This document shows, in pieces, positions 15,418 to 30,645 of a stretch of 64,000 bases of DNA. Numbering within the stretch: the first letter of the stretch is position 1; each line of letters starts with the position of its first letter. This stretch comes from the human T2T-CHM13v2.0 reference genome, Homo sapiens, in assembly GCF_009914755.1 (NCBI RefSeq), contig NC_060930.1. One strand, given 5' to 3'. The position numbers and the translations under genes are program-made. Under the pieces are notes generated by a model that had not been told where the DNA came from, searched no databases, and saw nothing but the letters and a program-made list of their open reading frames with translations.

Positions 15418-16457
15418 ATCTATCAAGTAAGCATGCACTCCCATTAGCATTTCTTCATTTCTGTTTATTCTCCAGTACCTTCAGGTAGTTGCTTTTTAAA
15501 TTGTTTAAGTTTTATAGTTGTTTTCTTCAGAGTAAGTCATCCTGTGGAATCTTTTTTCCATTATACCCAGAAGCCAATTCTAGTTATTTTAAAAATTCTG
15601 TTCAATAGTTCCAATATCTGAAGCATCTCTAAGTCTTGTTCTATAGTTGATTCATCTATTGAAAGTGGGTCATTTTCTCCTATTTTTAACTTTATATATC
15701 TGGTATTTTTTACTGAATGTCTAATATTATGTGTAGAAGAATGATGAAAACTGAGGTAAATAGTATTTACACGTAGTAATAGGTACCAGTTACCATTACT
15801 GGTTGTTACTGTGGTAACAATGGTTACCACATTTCTGTCTGCACAAAAGTATGGCGGGCTGTGTCAATGTAGTCAATAGTTATGTGGAGTTTGGTATTTT
15901 ATGTTGCTTTTGTAACCTGTACAACACAGTCTTCAAAATCCTTGACAGGATATTTCTGTTGCCTTGTGTCTTGTGAGCATCTCGTGCAGGCCTGTGGAAA
16001 CAAGCCTGCACATAAGTGTGAGCTCACCTTGCATGAGCTTATGGTTATTTTAAGTTGATATGCTAGCTTACACTTGGCTTTTAGTATGTTTTCTAATTTT
16101 TAGCTAACTTTCTCTTAGTTTGTTTAATGGCAGCCGCCTTTCTCTCATGTTCTGTCAAAACTGAAATAGTCCTTGGACCCCATCTCTCCTCAAAGATTCT
16201 TGTCACCCTTTGGAATCAGTTTGTTTATTTGGCTTACAATCCCAGCTCTCTGATAGGATCAAGAAAAGGTAGAGTTTTATAGATTATCTGCATTTTCTCA
16301 TAAGTAGAGTGACATTCTTGTGCAGCTTTCTAATCAAAAGCAGAATGCCAGAACCCACATTCTAGAATTTGCCCTCCTTTCAAATGGGCAGAGACGAAAA
16401 CATAATTTATGCCAGTAAGGTTAAAAAAGCAGCATGGCATTGTAAATTGACAGTTGG

Positions 16458-16841
16458 TGCTATAGACTGAATGTTCTCCACCCCCACCCCCCTGCCGCCC
16501 CAACCAAATTCATATGTTAAGTCTTAATCCTCAGGGTGATGATATTTGGAGGTGGGTCCTTTGGAAGGAGATTAGATCATCAGGGGAGAGCCCTAATGGA
16601 TGGCATTGGTGCTTTTATGAAAGAGGCCACAGAGGGCTCCCTCCTCCCTCCTGCCATGTGATGACACAGCAAAAAGATGTGACTTATAAAACAGGAAGCC
16701 GGCCCTCACCACACACACCAAATCTGCTAATGTCTTGGTCTTGGACTTGCAGCCTCCAGAACTGGGACCATTAAATTTCTGTTGTTTATAAGCCACCCAG
16801 TCTATGGTGTTTTTTCATAGCAGCTCAAATGGACTGAGACA
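16458..16841 (+). mobile_element. MLT1A-like solo LTR
   Basis: TGCTATAGACTGAATG...GGACTGAGACA. Near TSD GTTGG/ATTGG. Confidence 0.85.
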
Positions 16842-17002
16842 ATTGGGTAGTAAATTTGTGTAACCAGTCTAAGAAGGATTTTAAAAATATGTAGAAAGGG
16901 TCTTACAGTCTGATCGTTTTGACCTAATATTTCTACTTCAAGTGATCTAATCAGAGGTGCTGACAAATATTCTTATAGAAGGATATTCACTACAATATTG
17001 TC

Positions 17003-17722
17003 TATTTATTTTAATTGACAAAAATTGTATATATTATTTATAGCATGTTGTTTTGGAACATGTATACATTGTGAAATGGCTAAATCAAGCTAATTAATAT
17101 AAACATTATCTCACATAGTTACCTTTTTTGTGGTGAGAATAATTGATATCTATTCTTTTAGCAATTTTTGAGAGTACAATACATTGTTATTAATGATAGC
17201 CACCATGTTATACAATAGCTCTCTTTATTTCTCTTGTCTAACTGAAATGTTGTATCTTATGAACAATATCTCCTCACTCTCATCCTTAGCCCCTGGTAAC
17301 TCTACTTCTATGAGTTCAAGTTTTTTAGATTCTGCGTATAAGTGAGATCATGTAGTATTTGTGTCTCTGGACCTGGCTTATTTCACTTATCTAAAGAGCT
17401 CCAGGTTAGGATCTCCAGGTTTATCCATATTGTCTGAAGTGACAGAATGTCCTTATTTTTTTGAGGTTGAATTATATTTCATTGTATATATATACCACAT
17501 TTTCTTTATCCATTCATTTGTTGACGGGCACTTAGCTTAATTTATTGTGAATAATGCTCCAGTGAATATGGTAGCACACATATCTCTTCCATATATTGAT
17601 TTCATTTCCTTTGGATGTACCCAGTGGTGGGTTTGCCATATCACATGGTAGCTTGATTTTTAATGTTTTTAGGAACCTCCATACTGTTTCTCGTAATGAC
17701 CAAGCTAATTTACATGCTGAAC
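17003..17722 (-). mobile_element. L1MA 3' fragment
   Basis: TTTAATTGACAAAAATTGTATATA..GGCTAAATCAAGCTAATTAA..AAGTGAGATCATG..AGGAACCTCCATACTGTTT. Confidence 0.8.
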
Positions 17723-17899
17723 AACACACCACACTATTATGAAATAATGGAGACAAACTAGATAACCGACAGTAGAAAAGTATTTTTAATCCATTGAGAT
17801 CCAACCATATAAAGAAATATTACGCAAATATTAAAATACTTCAATGAAGAATATTTATTGAGACAACGATCATAATATAATGTTAAATATCAAAACCAA

Positions 17900-18030
17900 A
17901 ACTATATATATAAATTTTATATATACATATATATACACACACACATTCAGTTTTGTTGGGATTTACTAATAAACTTTGAAATTAAGTTTTTTTGGCGTGT
18001 ATATATATATTTTTGTGTATGTGTATATAC

Positions 18031-18063
<33 letters not shown>

Positions 18064-18232
18064 AACTTTATATATATATATATATATATATATGTATCTC
18101 ACTGGTGCCTATAAGTTTTTTTGTGGAGAGAGATATATATATATATATCACTGGTGCCTATAAATTTTTTTGTGGTGATATATATATTTTGTTTGTGTGT
18201 GTGTGTGTATATATATATACATATACATATTT
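17900..18232. repeat. Compound (TA)n/(CA)n/(TG)n low-complexity region containing a duplicated CACTGGTGCCTATAA unit
   Basis: Direct reading. Confidence 0.9.
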
Positions 18233-18259
18233 ACAAAGTTTATTAGTTGCAACAGTTAA

Positions 18260-18900
18260 AATAGTATCTTTACAGTGAAGAAATCTGAAAGACAACACCT
18301 TAATCAAGCAATTATAGTTAATATCACCGGTAATGGGATAGAATTCCATTATGTGCCTCCTAACATGATGCACTGAGAAAGATGGAATATTTTGTGATAT
18401 TCCTGCCAGAAATGCAAAGCTTGAGTCTAATTATGAGGAAATATTAGACTAACCTAAGTCGAAGGACATTTTACAAAATAAATGGTCTGTACTCTTCAAA
18501 CGTGTCATGGCCAAAAAAGTAAGTCTGAGGAAGTTTCTACATTAAAGGAAACTAAGGAAGCATGACAATTAAATACAAAGTGTAATCCTGGATTGGATTC
18601 CAGGCCAGAAACATGAATACATACATATGTACATACCAACATACTCATATACACATACATGCTTATAATTTATTTTTGTTATAAATGGTATTATTGGGAC
18701 AGTTGGCCATGTTTGAATAAGGCCTATGGATTAGATAATATTTCTGTGCCAGTGTTAATTTGATTTTGATGCCATGTTATGGTTATATAAAATAATGCCC
18801 TTGTGTTTAGGAAATTAACTGAAGTAGACTGAAGTATTTATGCATAATTGTTCATAATGTCTGCAATTTACAACTTATTCTCAAATAGTTTTTTAAAAAT
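18260..18900 (+). mobile_element. L1MC/MD-like 3' UTR (probably resumes ~20130-20310 after MER21)
   Basis: CACCTTAATCAAG..TTAATATCACC..ATTTTACAAAATAAATGG..ATCCTGGATTGGAT. Confidence 0.65.
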
Positions 18901-18910
18901 TGCCTATCTT

Positions 18911-20115
<1,205 letters not shown>

Positions 20116-21969
20116 CCTATCCAGGAAAACAAGTTTTCCTTGTTAATCTCTATTTTTATCTACCAAGCTATTATCTATACAGAAGAAAGTAAGACAGATT
20201 AAATGATAAAACAAATGTGGTAAGATGTTGATAGTTCTGAATTTGGGTTAAAAGTATACAAAAAGACTTTATACTATTTTTGCACTTGTCTACAAGACTA
20301 AAATTGTTGTAAAATATCATGCTATAATATGTAGAACATAGGTTTGAGAGTGGCCAATGGAAAATATTACGATTCAGTGCTCACACATCAATATTATTTC
20401 ATGGCAAATTATATTTACCTTCGCAGGATGAAGCACAGTAAATTCATAGAAAGGCATAATAGTTTTGTACCCCACCCGCATATACATATAGTAAAAAAGA
20501 GCTGCAAGTCGTAGGAACATGTTAACCGTGTTTATCTATAAGCTGCATATTTTCCGGTGTTATTCATTTTCTTCTTTAAACTTTTTCATCTTTCCAAGTT
20601 TTTATAATGAGAGCTTAATATTCTTATTATTGAATTCCTGGCTTTCTTCTTTTCTACAGTTTCAGAAAAGAAAGAAGCAAAGGGGGAAAAAGAAGAGAGA
20701 GAGAGAGAGATGAGCCCTAATAGAGTTCATGGCTGTCTGTGAGCCATTGAATGCACCTGAATGGGGAAGTTCTTGAGGTTGCATAATATCAGCTGATGCT
20801 TACAAACTGTTACTTCAAGGTCAATCATGACGTGGCTGTCTCCAAGGGAATACAGCTGTTCAATACTCCAGGCTTGCTAACTTGGGGACCATTGGATCTT
20901 GCTTGGTGACTAAACCCTAGTTCTGTTCATACCACCACAAAGACAGAACCTCACCTCCAAAGGCATGAAGTGGTAAGACCAACACACCAAGACAGAATGA
21001 TGCCACTGCCACCTGGAGCACAATACAGTGAAGCATGTATGCAGAATTAATACTGGCACAATGCTGGACAAGTGACAGACAAATTAGTGCAAGCTTCTGT
21101 AATGATTATGCTATTTAATTAGTGGATACCTGACCAGTGTTAAAATCTGGAAGAGTACCAAATACCACAAAGTTTACAATTTCCTTTTCTGGGAACATTT
21201 TCTCTATTAAATGGCATCAATGACAAGCTAAAATACAGCCCTTTATCGATCAGCTATTTCACTTCTCTTTTCCTGAAAGGGTTACTCAAAGGCACATAAA
21301 GAGGTTTCTTCCTCCATGCCTTGTCTCCAACTCCTGTAGACAGATTTACACCCCACACCTGGTGCTGCTAAGCACATTACAGTGCCTCATGTTCCTATTA
21401 ACAAAACCGTGTGTGAGGGTGGGAGTAAATTTGGGAGAGGGAATGTCACACAGTTTAATTACTTAGTAGGGGGGAATAACTCAAAGTACAGTACTCTGGT
21501 GTAAAGGGATCTTCATGATGCATGGTTGCGAAATGTCTGGACTCATTAAGTGCTGAGCTTTCCAAGGCTTGCCATTGTGTAAGACACCTGTTCTGAATAT
21601 GTTTATAGAGAGGGTGTGAGGTGGGCATTACATCGTGGGGTCATGCTGCTTTCTGTTTCTACTTCCCTTCAAACTGCATTTTACTCATTCGTTCTTTGGC
21701 CATTTGGGGCCATGGCTTCAGGATCAAATACGTTGTAGAGATATAAAGATTATTCTTCCCATGATAGCTCACAGAAAGACAAATAAATCAGCATGTAATA
21801 CCTCCTTAGGTTGTTAAGCCAAATGCTTTAGGGGAAATAACCATTTTGTCTTGAGTTAAGTAGCCCTATCTACAAGCACTCTGTTTTAAACACCAAATCT
21901 ACACCAAGCCTGAATGACTTCAGGCTACATGGTGGAGAGGAAGGAACATGTTTTTGCCTCCTGTGCACC

Positions 21970-22165
21970 TCGCTTCCAATCCCAGCTCTAATACAAGGTC
22001 AGTGTTTGATCCTTAGCAAGTTCCCCATCTCTGAGATTCTCACTCTCATTATCTGTGAAATGGGACTAATACCAAATACTTGTTGGACTATTTGTATTAA
22101 TATTAGAAACAGTGCACATAAAGTATCTTGTACCAACGAAGTGCTTGCAAGAGTAGTTATTATAA
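21970..22165 (+). mobile_element. MIR fragment
   Basis: AATCCCAGCTCT..AGCAAGTT..TCTCTGAG..ATCTGTGAAATGGG. Confidence 0.6.
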
Positions 22166-22239
22166 CTATGATTACATGAAAATGTGGCTTACCCTTGGAC
22201 AATTCTGAAAAGAAAAATTTAAAAATTCTCCAACTGACT

Positions 22240-22391
22240 AAAAGAGAAGGAATGTTGAGAGATAAAAATAAGGAAGAAAGAAAGGAAGACAGAAAGAGAA
22301 AGAATAACAAAATACGATGAATGAATGAATGAATGAATACATGAAAACAAAAGAAAAAGGAAGGAAGGAAGGAAGGAAAGGAAAGGAAAAG
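22240..22391. repeat. GA-rich tract with (ATGA)n and (GGAA)n
   Basis: Direct reading. Confidence 0.85.
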
Positions 22392-22668
22392 CATTTATGG
22401 AATAGCCTATTAAGATTTTGGAGACATAAGTTGTGTTTCCAGTGAAAATTTAGACATAGACCCTTAAGTTATCAATTTCCTTAGCTGCAAATTGAGGGTA
22501 TTGTCTAAGGGTGAGTTTTGGGAAGCAGCCATTCCTGACTTGGGGAAAAGAGGATGTTGGTTCTATGGGCTAAATGGTCAGCACCCCTCTCCTCTCCCCA
22601 CTCCCAGTGGAAACTGTGCACATTTCACCTGAAGGCACATATTTCTCAGGTTGACATTTCTGCTACAG

Positions 22669-23552
22669 TGTATTAGTCAGGGCTCTGCAGAGAAAAAGAA
22701 CCAATAAGATGACATCTATATAAGATGACATGGTTTGGCTGTGTCCCCACCCAAATCTCATTTTGAAGTGTAGCTCCCATAATTCCTGTGTGTTGCAGGA
22801 GGGACCCGGTAGGAGTTAATTGAATCATGGGTTTTTCCGGTGCTGCTCTCATGATAGTGAATAAGTCTCACAAGAGCTGATGGTTTTATGAAGGGCAGTT
22901 CCCCTGCACATGCTCTCTTGCCTGCCGCCATGTTAAGATGTGACTTTGCTTCTCCTTTGCCTTCAACCATGATTGTGAGGCCTCCCTAGCTATGTGGAAC
23001 TGTGAGTTTATTAAACCTCTTTTTCTTTATAAAGTACCCCTCTTGGGTATTTCTTCATAGCAGTATGAAAATGGACTAATACAATAGATATATAGACAGA
23101 GATATATTATGATGGAGTGGCTCATACAATTTTGGCAGCTGAGGAGTCCCATGACTTGCCATCTATAAGCTGAAGGCCAAGGAAAGCCAGTGGTGTAGTT
23201 CCAGTCCAAACCTCAAAGACTGAGAACCAGAGAAGCCAATAATGCAAATCCTTATCTCAGTCTGAAAGCCCCAAAACCAGAAGTGCTGATCTCCAAAGAC
23301 AAGAGAAGAAAGTCCCAGCTCAAGCAGAAAGAAGAAATTCACCCTTCCTTTGACTTTTTGTTCTATTCAGATCCTCTACTGACTGGATAATGCCCACCTG
23401 AATTGGTAAAGGCAGTCTTTTTTACTCAGTCTGCCAATTCAATTTCTCATCTCTTCTGGAAACCCTTACAAACACACCCAGAAATAATGTTTTACCAGCT
23501 ATCTGGGCATCTGTTAGCCCAGTCAAGTTGACCTCTAAAATTAACCATCACA
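22669..23552 (-). mobile_element. MLT2 (ERVL) solo LTR split by a THE1 LTR
   Basis: TGTATTAGTCAGGGCTCT...GTCAAGTTGAC..AAATTAACCATCACA termini. Confidence 0.85.
22726..23083 (+). mobile_element. THE1 (B/C-like) solo LTR
   Basis: TGACATGGTTTGGCTGTGTCCCCACCCAAATCTC...ATGGACTAATACA. Confidence 0.92.
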
Positions 23553-23993
23553 CGCAGAGAGATTCCAACTGAGAACTTTATATTCCAGAAGCCCTCACCT
23601 GCAACCTCCTCATAAGAGGCACCTCATGCATTGAGCCTGATTCAACTCAACATTATCTCTTTGCTTTTAGATGTTTTACAATTTTATTCAAGGCAACTTG
23701 TGGTTTGATGCTGTTGGAATTTTGCTCTGGCTGTTGAAACTTGACTCATTTATTTCATCTTCCTTATTGGGAAATGTTTAGATTACTTCATTGCATATTT
23801 ATTTTTAACTGGGGTCTAGGAAATGGCTATAGGGAGGGAACAATCTTGAGGACACTCTATGCTTCAGGCTAGATACTTCTTCCTTCTAGTCTACCCTGCA
23901 CAGCCCTCAGAGCTTGAAGAAGCACTGTGACACCTGCCGCTGTTTGCCCTTAGGAAAGATGCCAAGTTTAGAATTGGTTTTCGGGTGGTTTCA

Positions 23994-24347
<354 letters not shown>

Positions 24348-24418
24348 AATGGCAGCATAGCAGGAAGGTTTAGAGTATGGATCCTGGGGCCAGGCTGCTA
24401 TATTTAAATCCCAGCCCT

Positions 24419-24742
24419 GGCTGGGCATGGTGGCTTATGCTTGTAATCCCAGCACTTTGGGAGGCTGAGACGGATGGATCACAAGGTCAAGAGTTCAAGA
24501 CCAGCCTGGCCAACACAGTGAGACCCCGTCTGTACTAAAAATACAAAAATTAGCTCGGCATGGTGGCAGGTACCTGTAATCCCAGCTACTCGGGAGGCTG
24601 AGGCAGAAGAATTTCTTGAACCTGGGAGGTGGAGGTTTGCAGTGAGCTGAGATCATGCCACTGCACTCTAGCCTGGGCAACACAGCAAGACTCCCTTTCA
24701 AAAATAAAATATAAAATAAAATAAAATAAAATAAAATAAAAT
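24419..24742 (+). mobile_element. AluS (Sg/Sc-like) with (TAAAA)n tail, inserted in a MIR (~24352-24915)
   Basis: Full Alu. Flanks AATCCCAGCCCT / AGTCCCAGTCCT are a duplicated MIR core. Confidence 0.9.
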
Positions 24743-26713
24743 AGTCCCAGTCCTGCCACTTACCAGTTGTGCAATCTGAGGTATGTATGTGAGATACAAA
24801 CTTTCTGTACTCAAAAAGGCCTCATCTTTGAAATTATCCTGCCCAATGTGTTGTTAAGAGGATGGATGAGTTGACATTTGTAAAACATTGAGAACAGTAT
24901 CTAGCATATAAATGTTCTATATTTAAATATTGGGTAGGCAAAAGCCATGGACTGTAATACATATAACCCCATTAGAGGGCGGCTATTTCTCATAAGTTTC
25001 CTGTGCCATGGAGGATAATGGAAATAAGTGAGGTTCTTTGTTATTCCTCTTCCTTATCTGTGTGTACACATGTGTGTGCATGTGTGTATTTTTATGTATC
25101 CACCATTTTGACAGTTGCTTTACAACTCTTTATTAATCCTCCTATCAACCCTGCATGGCCATATTGTTATCAGTTGACAGAGGAGGTTCACAGAGGTCAC
25201 TCGGTGGCTCAGGTCACAACACTTTGGACTTAGAGTTGGAATTTACATCCCTATCACCAAGACGCATGCTATCTGCACTTTTCCCAGCCCCCATAGATAC
25301 ACACATACACCTGGACTTGATTCTCAAATTCTGTCTTATAGGAAAGTTTCTGGGAGAGTAACCAGATGATTTTGAACAACAACGTATCCATGACAGAAAA
25401 CAGGTCAAAAGGCCCGAAGTGGTTTTGTTAGAATGATGGGATTATTAATTTTTTTCCATTTCTCTGTTTTTCAAAATTCTCCTTTATACAATTATATTAA
25501 CTCTATATAAAACCATGTTTATTTGTTAAATCATCAGTAATTGGCAGAAGTATTTTTATGTTTTATATTTGATCTAAGTCTGTGTACACTGTTTCATGTT
25601 TAAGGAAGAGATTCACGTACTTCCCCCAAACATGGAAACTCGAGTCTTGGCTGTGGCTGGAGGTGAAAGCACAGAGGAAACAATACTTACTCTTACTCTT
25701 ATAGGTGACCCTTTTTTCCCCCCAAATCAAAAACTCTATTCTGTCTTCTCCTGTTCAAGCCTGGGAAACATTGTAGAGAATGTCAAGATCAGGGAAAGGG
25801 CTTTAGTTCCCAAACAGATCAAATTTCAGTTCTGAGAGCACACAGAATTAACTAAGGGACTGCCGGGGAGATGCCAGGTGCCTTCCAGAGCAAAATGACC
25901 TCTAAGGGGCTCCAAGCCCTAGATTATTCATTGGGTCTAATGATTGACCTCCCCAATCTATGTTCTGAGCATGAATTATGTAGCAGAATGACCCATACTG
26001 CTGCCTTTGGTACCTCATATATCTAACATTGATTCTATTCTCTTATAGGGGACACACACTAATCAAAACTTTTTCTCCTTATCCTTCCTGTACTTAGCGA
26101 TCTTCCACCCAGTGGATTATGGTAGGTGAAACTGACTTCCATTTAGAAAGTGAAGAATTGTGCTTGCACTGCTGGGCCCTTTTACCAATCAGACCCACCT
26201 ATCCAAGACTCCTGAATTTGGAAACAATGATGCAACAAAGCAGGCAGAATGAGAATTTATCCAATCCTGGAACAGCAGCAACACCATCAGACACTTTCTA
26301 GAGTTGGCAAAGGCAGGGGTTCCCAGGTTGTGTGTCTGGTGCCAGTGCTCAGTGGCATCACCAGGTGAGTTCTAGGCCATGATTTTAGACCCTCCAACCT
26401 AAAATCCTTGTGTCTCTGCCTATTCTCAAGCCTGAATCTCCATCAACTCCATGAGCTACACCAGTCAGAGTCTTTTCTGGTACTTGCTATGGATCACCTG
26501 ACCAGTTCATATATCCATCTCCTAGTTTGGCCAGCTTAGCCTCAAATCCCTTCCAGTTATTTCTTTGACCTTTCTTTTACCTTCATTCAATCCATTTCCA
26601 ATTTCGTTAGTCAAGACATGTTATGACCCTTTACAGTTGAATGATTTTTCCATTAGAAGACTTAGAAGACTGGCTGGGAACCTTATCAATTCTTCCAACA
26701 TGAGTAGCAGTAA

Positions 26714-27145
26714 CGTATTAGTCAGGGTTCTCTAGAGAGACAGAACTAATAGGATATATTTATGAGTTTATCAAATAGTTTTAACTCACATGTTCATGAG
26801 GTCCCACAATAGGCCATCTGCAAGCTGAGGAGCAAGGAAGCCAGTCCAAGTCCCAAGGCTGAAAAACTTGGAGTCCAATGTTCGAGGGCAGGAAGCATCC
26901 AGCACAAGGGAAAGATGTGGCCTGGGAGGCTAAGCAAGTCTAGCCTTTTCACGTTTTCTCTTCCTGCTTTATATTCTCTGGCAGCTGATTATGTGGTGCC
27001 CACCCAGATTAAGGGTGGGTCTGCCTTCTTCAGCCCACTGACTCAAATACTAAACTCCTTTGGCAACACCCTCATAGACACACCCAGGATCAATACGTTG
27101 CATCCTTCAGTCCAATCAAGTTGACACTCAGTATTAACCATCACA
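26714..27145 (-). mobile_element. MLT2A solo LTR (HERV-L LTR)
   Basis: GTATTAGTCAGGGTTCTCTAGAG...GTATTAACCATCACA. Perfect 5-bp TSD AGTAA. Confidence 0.92.
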
Positions 27146-28119
27146 AGTAATAATAGCTAACACTTATAGTGAGTGTACCATTTGCTAGGTACTTTCAGTT
27201 ATTATATCATATATTCTTAAGGAAAAATAAATATGGACTATTTCCTATAACTATACCAATTTTACTGATTAGGAAATGTGCCTGGAAGAATGGCATAGCT
27301 GTCCAGTGTGCACAAGCAAGTACGTGGCAGAAATAAAAACCAAATCCAACTCTGTCTGCCTTCAGTGACTGAATGCAAACCACTTCATGCACATCCCTCT
27401 CGGGGCCTTGACAAACTGTTGTACTTCAGCCCGAGTAACTGGGTCAGGTTATTAAATCAATCACTAGAGAAACATTTCATCTAAGTTTGAAAAGGCCAAT
27501 AAGAGAAAGTTACCTGAATCCAAGAGATTGTTAAATCATATTCTACAATAATGAAAATATTGTCTCTTCTCTTGGAGACAGAAGAAAAGCTGGAATAATG
27601 AACACACCTTTGTAGTTTCAAAATTCAAGAAATGAGCAATTTAGAGAAAAAAAAAAAGAATCTCTTGCTTAAGGTATCAGGGCCTCTCTCAATATTTCTG
27701 TTGGGCAATGTGACTTTGCCAGACCCTGGGGCAGCCTGCTCACACCAATTTCTGTCAATTCAAAATTGAAAGCTATTCTAATCAGTACATTTTTTGAGTG
27801 CCTAAAGAAGCATTATAGGTCAGGAAGTTTAATTCAAAAGATGATTGCTCATTTAAATGACCTGAACAGGAAAAAAATATATATTTTCCCCCTTTCCAAT
27901 GGAACTCTGATAAGACAGACACAGAACTATCAGTGGAGAAATTCTTTCCAAGCAGCAAAGACATCTGTGGACCCTTAGTTACTCCTTCAAAGCATTTAAT
28001 TCTTAAATATTCAGAGAACTCTGTAGTTGACATGAGAAATCTAGGTGAGGATCCAAGTGGTGCTGTTGGCGTCTCATTCATGAATGTTTGTCACCTAAAG
28101 ACAACTGTAAAATTTATTT

Positions 28120-28560
28120 ACTCCTTCCTTTTTTCTTTCCTTCCTCCACCCCTCTCCCTTTATAGTATTTCTTTCTTTTCTTTCCTTCCTTTCTTCTTTT
28201 CTCTGTCTCCCACCCTTCCTTCCTTCCTTTCTTTCTCTTTCTTTCTTTCCTTTCTCTGTTTCATTTCTTTCTTTCTTTCCTCTCTTTCATTTCTTTCTTC
28301 CTTCTCTTTCTTTCTTCTTTTTCTTTCTTTCTCTCAAGACATGTTATTTCTTGACTCTCTTTCTCTCTTTCTTTCATTTCTTTCTTCCTTTCTCTTTCTT
28401 TCTTCTTTCTTTTTCTTTCTCTCAAGATGTTATTTCTTGACTCTTTTTTTCTTTCGTTCTCTCTTTCTTTTTTCTTTCCTTTTTTTCTTTCCTTTTCTTT
28501 CTCTCCCTCTCTCTTTCATCCCCCTATGTCTTCCCTTCCCCTTCACTTCCCTTCCTTTCC
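28120..28560. repeat. ~440-bp CT-rich polypyrimidine tract
   Basis: Direct reading; (TTTC)/(TTCC)/(CT) mixtures. Confidence 0.95.
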
Positions 28561-28738
<178 letters not shown>

Positions 28739-29565
28739 TCTTTCTTTTCTCTTTAGTGTATCACCATTCCTCTTCTACTCTACCCAATTTGTGGTGATGG
28801 TGATAATTTAAAACAATGATGGCATTTTACTCCAGAGCAGCCAAGCCCAAAAAAGCCACAGTAATACTACATGGTCTTTTTTGGCAGGGGAAAATCACAC
28901 TAAGTCCAACTAGTAACTCACATGCATGGGGTTGGGAGACCTGTGATTTCACCACAAATCCATATAAGGCTTTGGCCAAATTATTTGGTTATGTTGTCTA
29001 AATTTTCCCAACCAAAAGCTGGAATAAGTTATAAACTTGTCTATTATATTCACTTTTGCTGTTCTATTAATTGTATTTCATAAGCCTCTTCCTTGAAACA
29101 TTTAGTATGTCACTTTTGCTACCTTACTATAAAATGAGGATATATCAGCTATGGTAGAGAATGAGTTTTATAACACATTCTGCAAGGAGAACACTACCAC
29201 TGACTTAAGTTGTAACCATTCTTTACAGAGGAAACTAATCTATATTCCATTAGAAGCCCAGAGGAGGGACTGAAACACATCATCGACCTCCAACCCTCAT
29301 GTTCTTTGCATTCTACATTTTAAAAATTACTGTAACTAGTTCCATTTTTAATGAGCCACTTTTCTACTGACTGCCCTCCTACTTTCCGCTCAGCCACCGA
29401 GTTAGGTACAGTCTCCAGGGCGCTGGTGAAGAGCCCTCACAAGGTGCCTGCACTCCGTTCTGCTCCAAAATTTGCTAGAGCTTCACTGCAAGTAACAAGA
29501 AGGGGAGAGATTAGGTGACTCCACTCCCTTGTTAAGTTCACCATTTAATCAGAACTAAACCTTAA

Positions 29566-29840
<275 letters not shown>

Positions 29841-30304
29841 ACCCTGATTCTTTAAAATGAGCTTTGATCTCTCCTAACCTCTGAGAACAGAAGGCTTCAA
29901 AATGGGAAGGGTGTTAAGACCATCAGAAAGCGACGATTTTCCCAGGATATTAATCCTTTCTTAACCCTTATAACTCTAGTGTGGAGCATTAACACAGCTA
30001 CAACTGAAATGGAATGATACAGGTTGTGCCATTTACAATGTGACAAATTCCTTAATTTCTCTGACCTTCAATTTTCTTATCATTTCTCATAGTATCACTC
30101 ATACTATGTAAAACACTGCTCAAAGAAATCAGAGATTAAACAGACAAATGGAAAAATATTCCATGCTCATGGATAGGAAGAATCAATATCATTAAAATGG
30201 CCATAATGCTCATACTGCTCAGAGCAATTTATAAATTAAATGCTATTCCTATCAAACTACCAGTAATATCCTTCATAGAACCAGAAAAAAAAAAAACTAT
30301 CTTA

Positions 30305-30645
<341 letters not shown>

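Noticed and set aside
17976-18373. Y/I-rich ORFs
   Set aside because: (TA)n microsatellite translation.
20828-20835. TGACGTGG (UPRE/CRE-like)
   Set aside because: A single 8-mer with no supporting context.
21999-22394. 131-aa hydrophobic 'membrane' ORF
   Set aside because: Antisense of a GA-rich simple repeat plus MIR.
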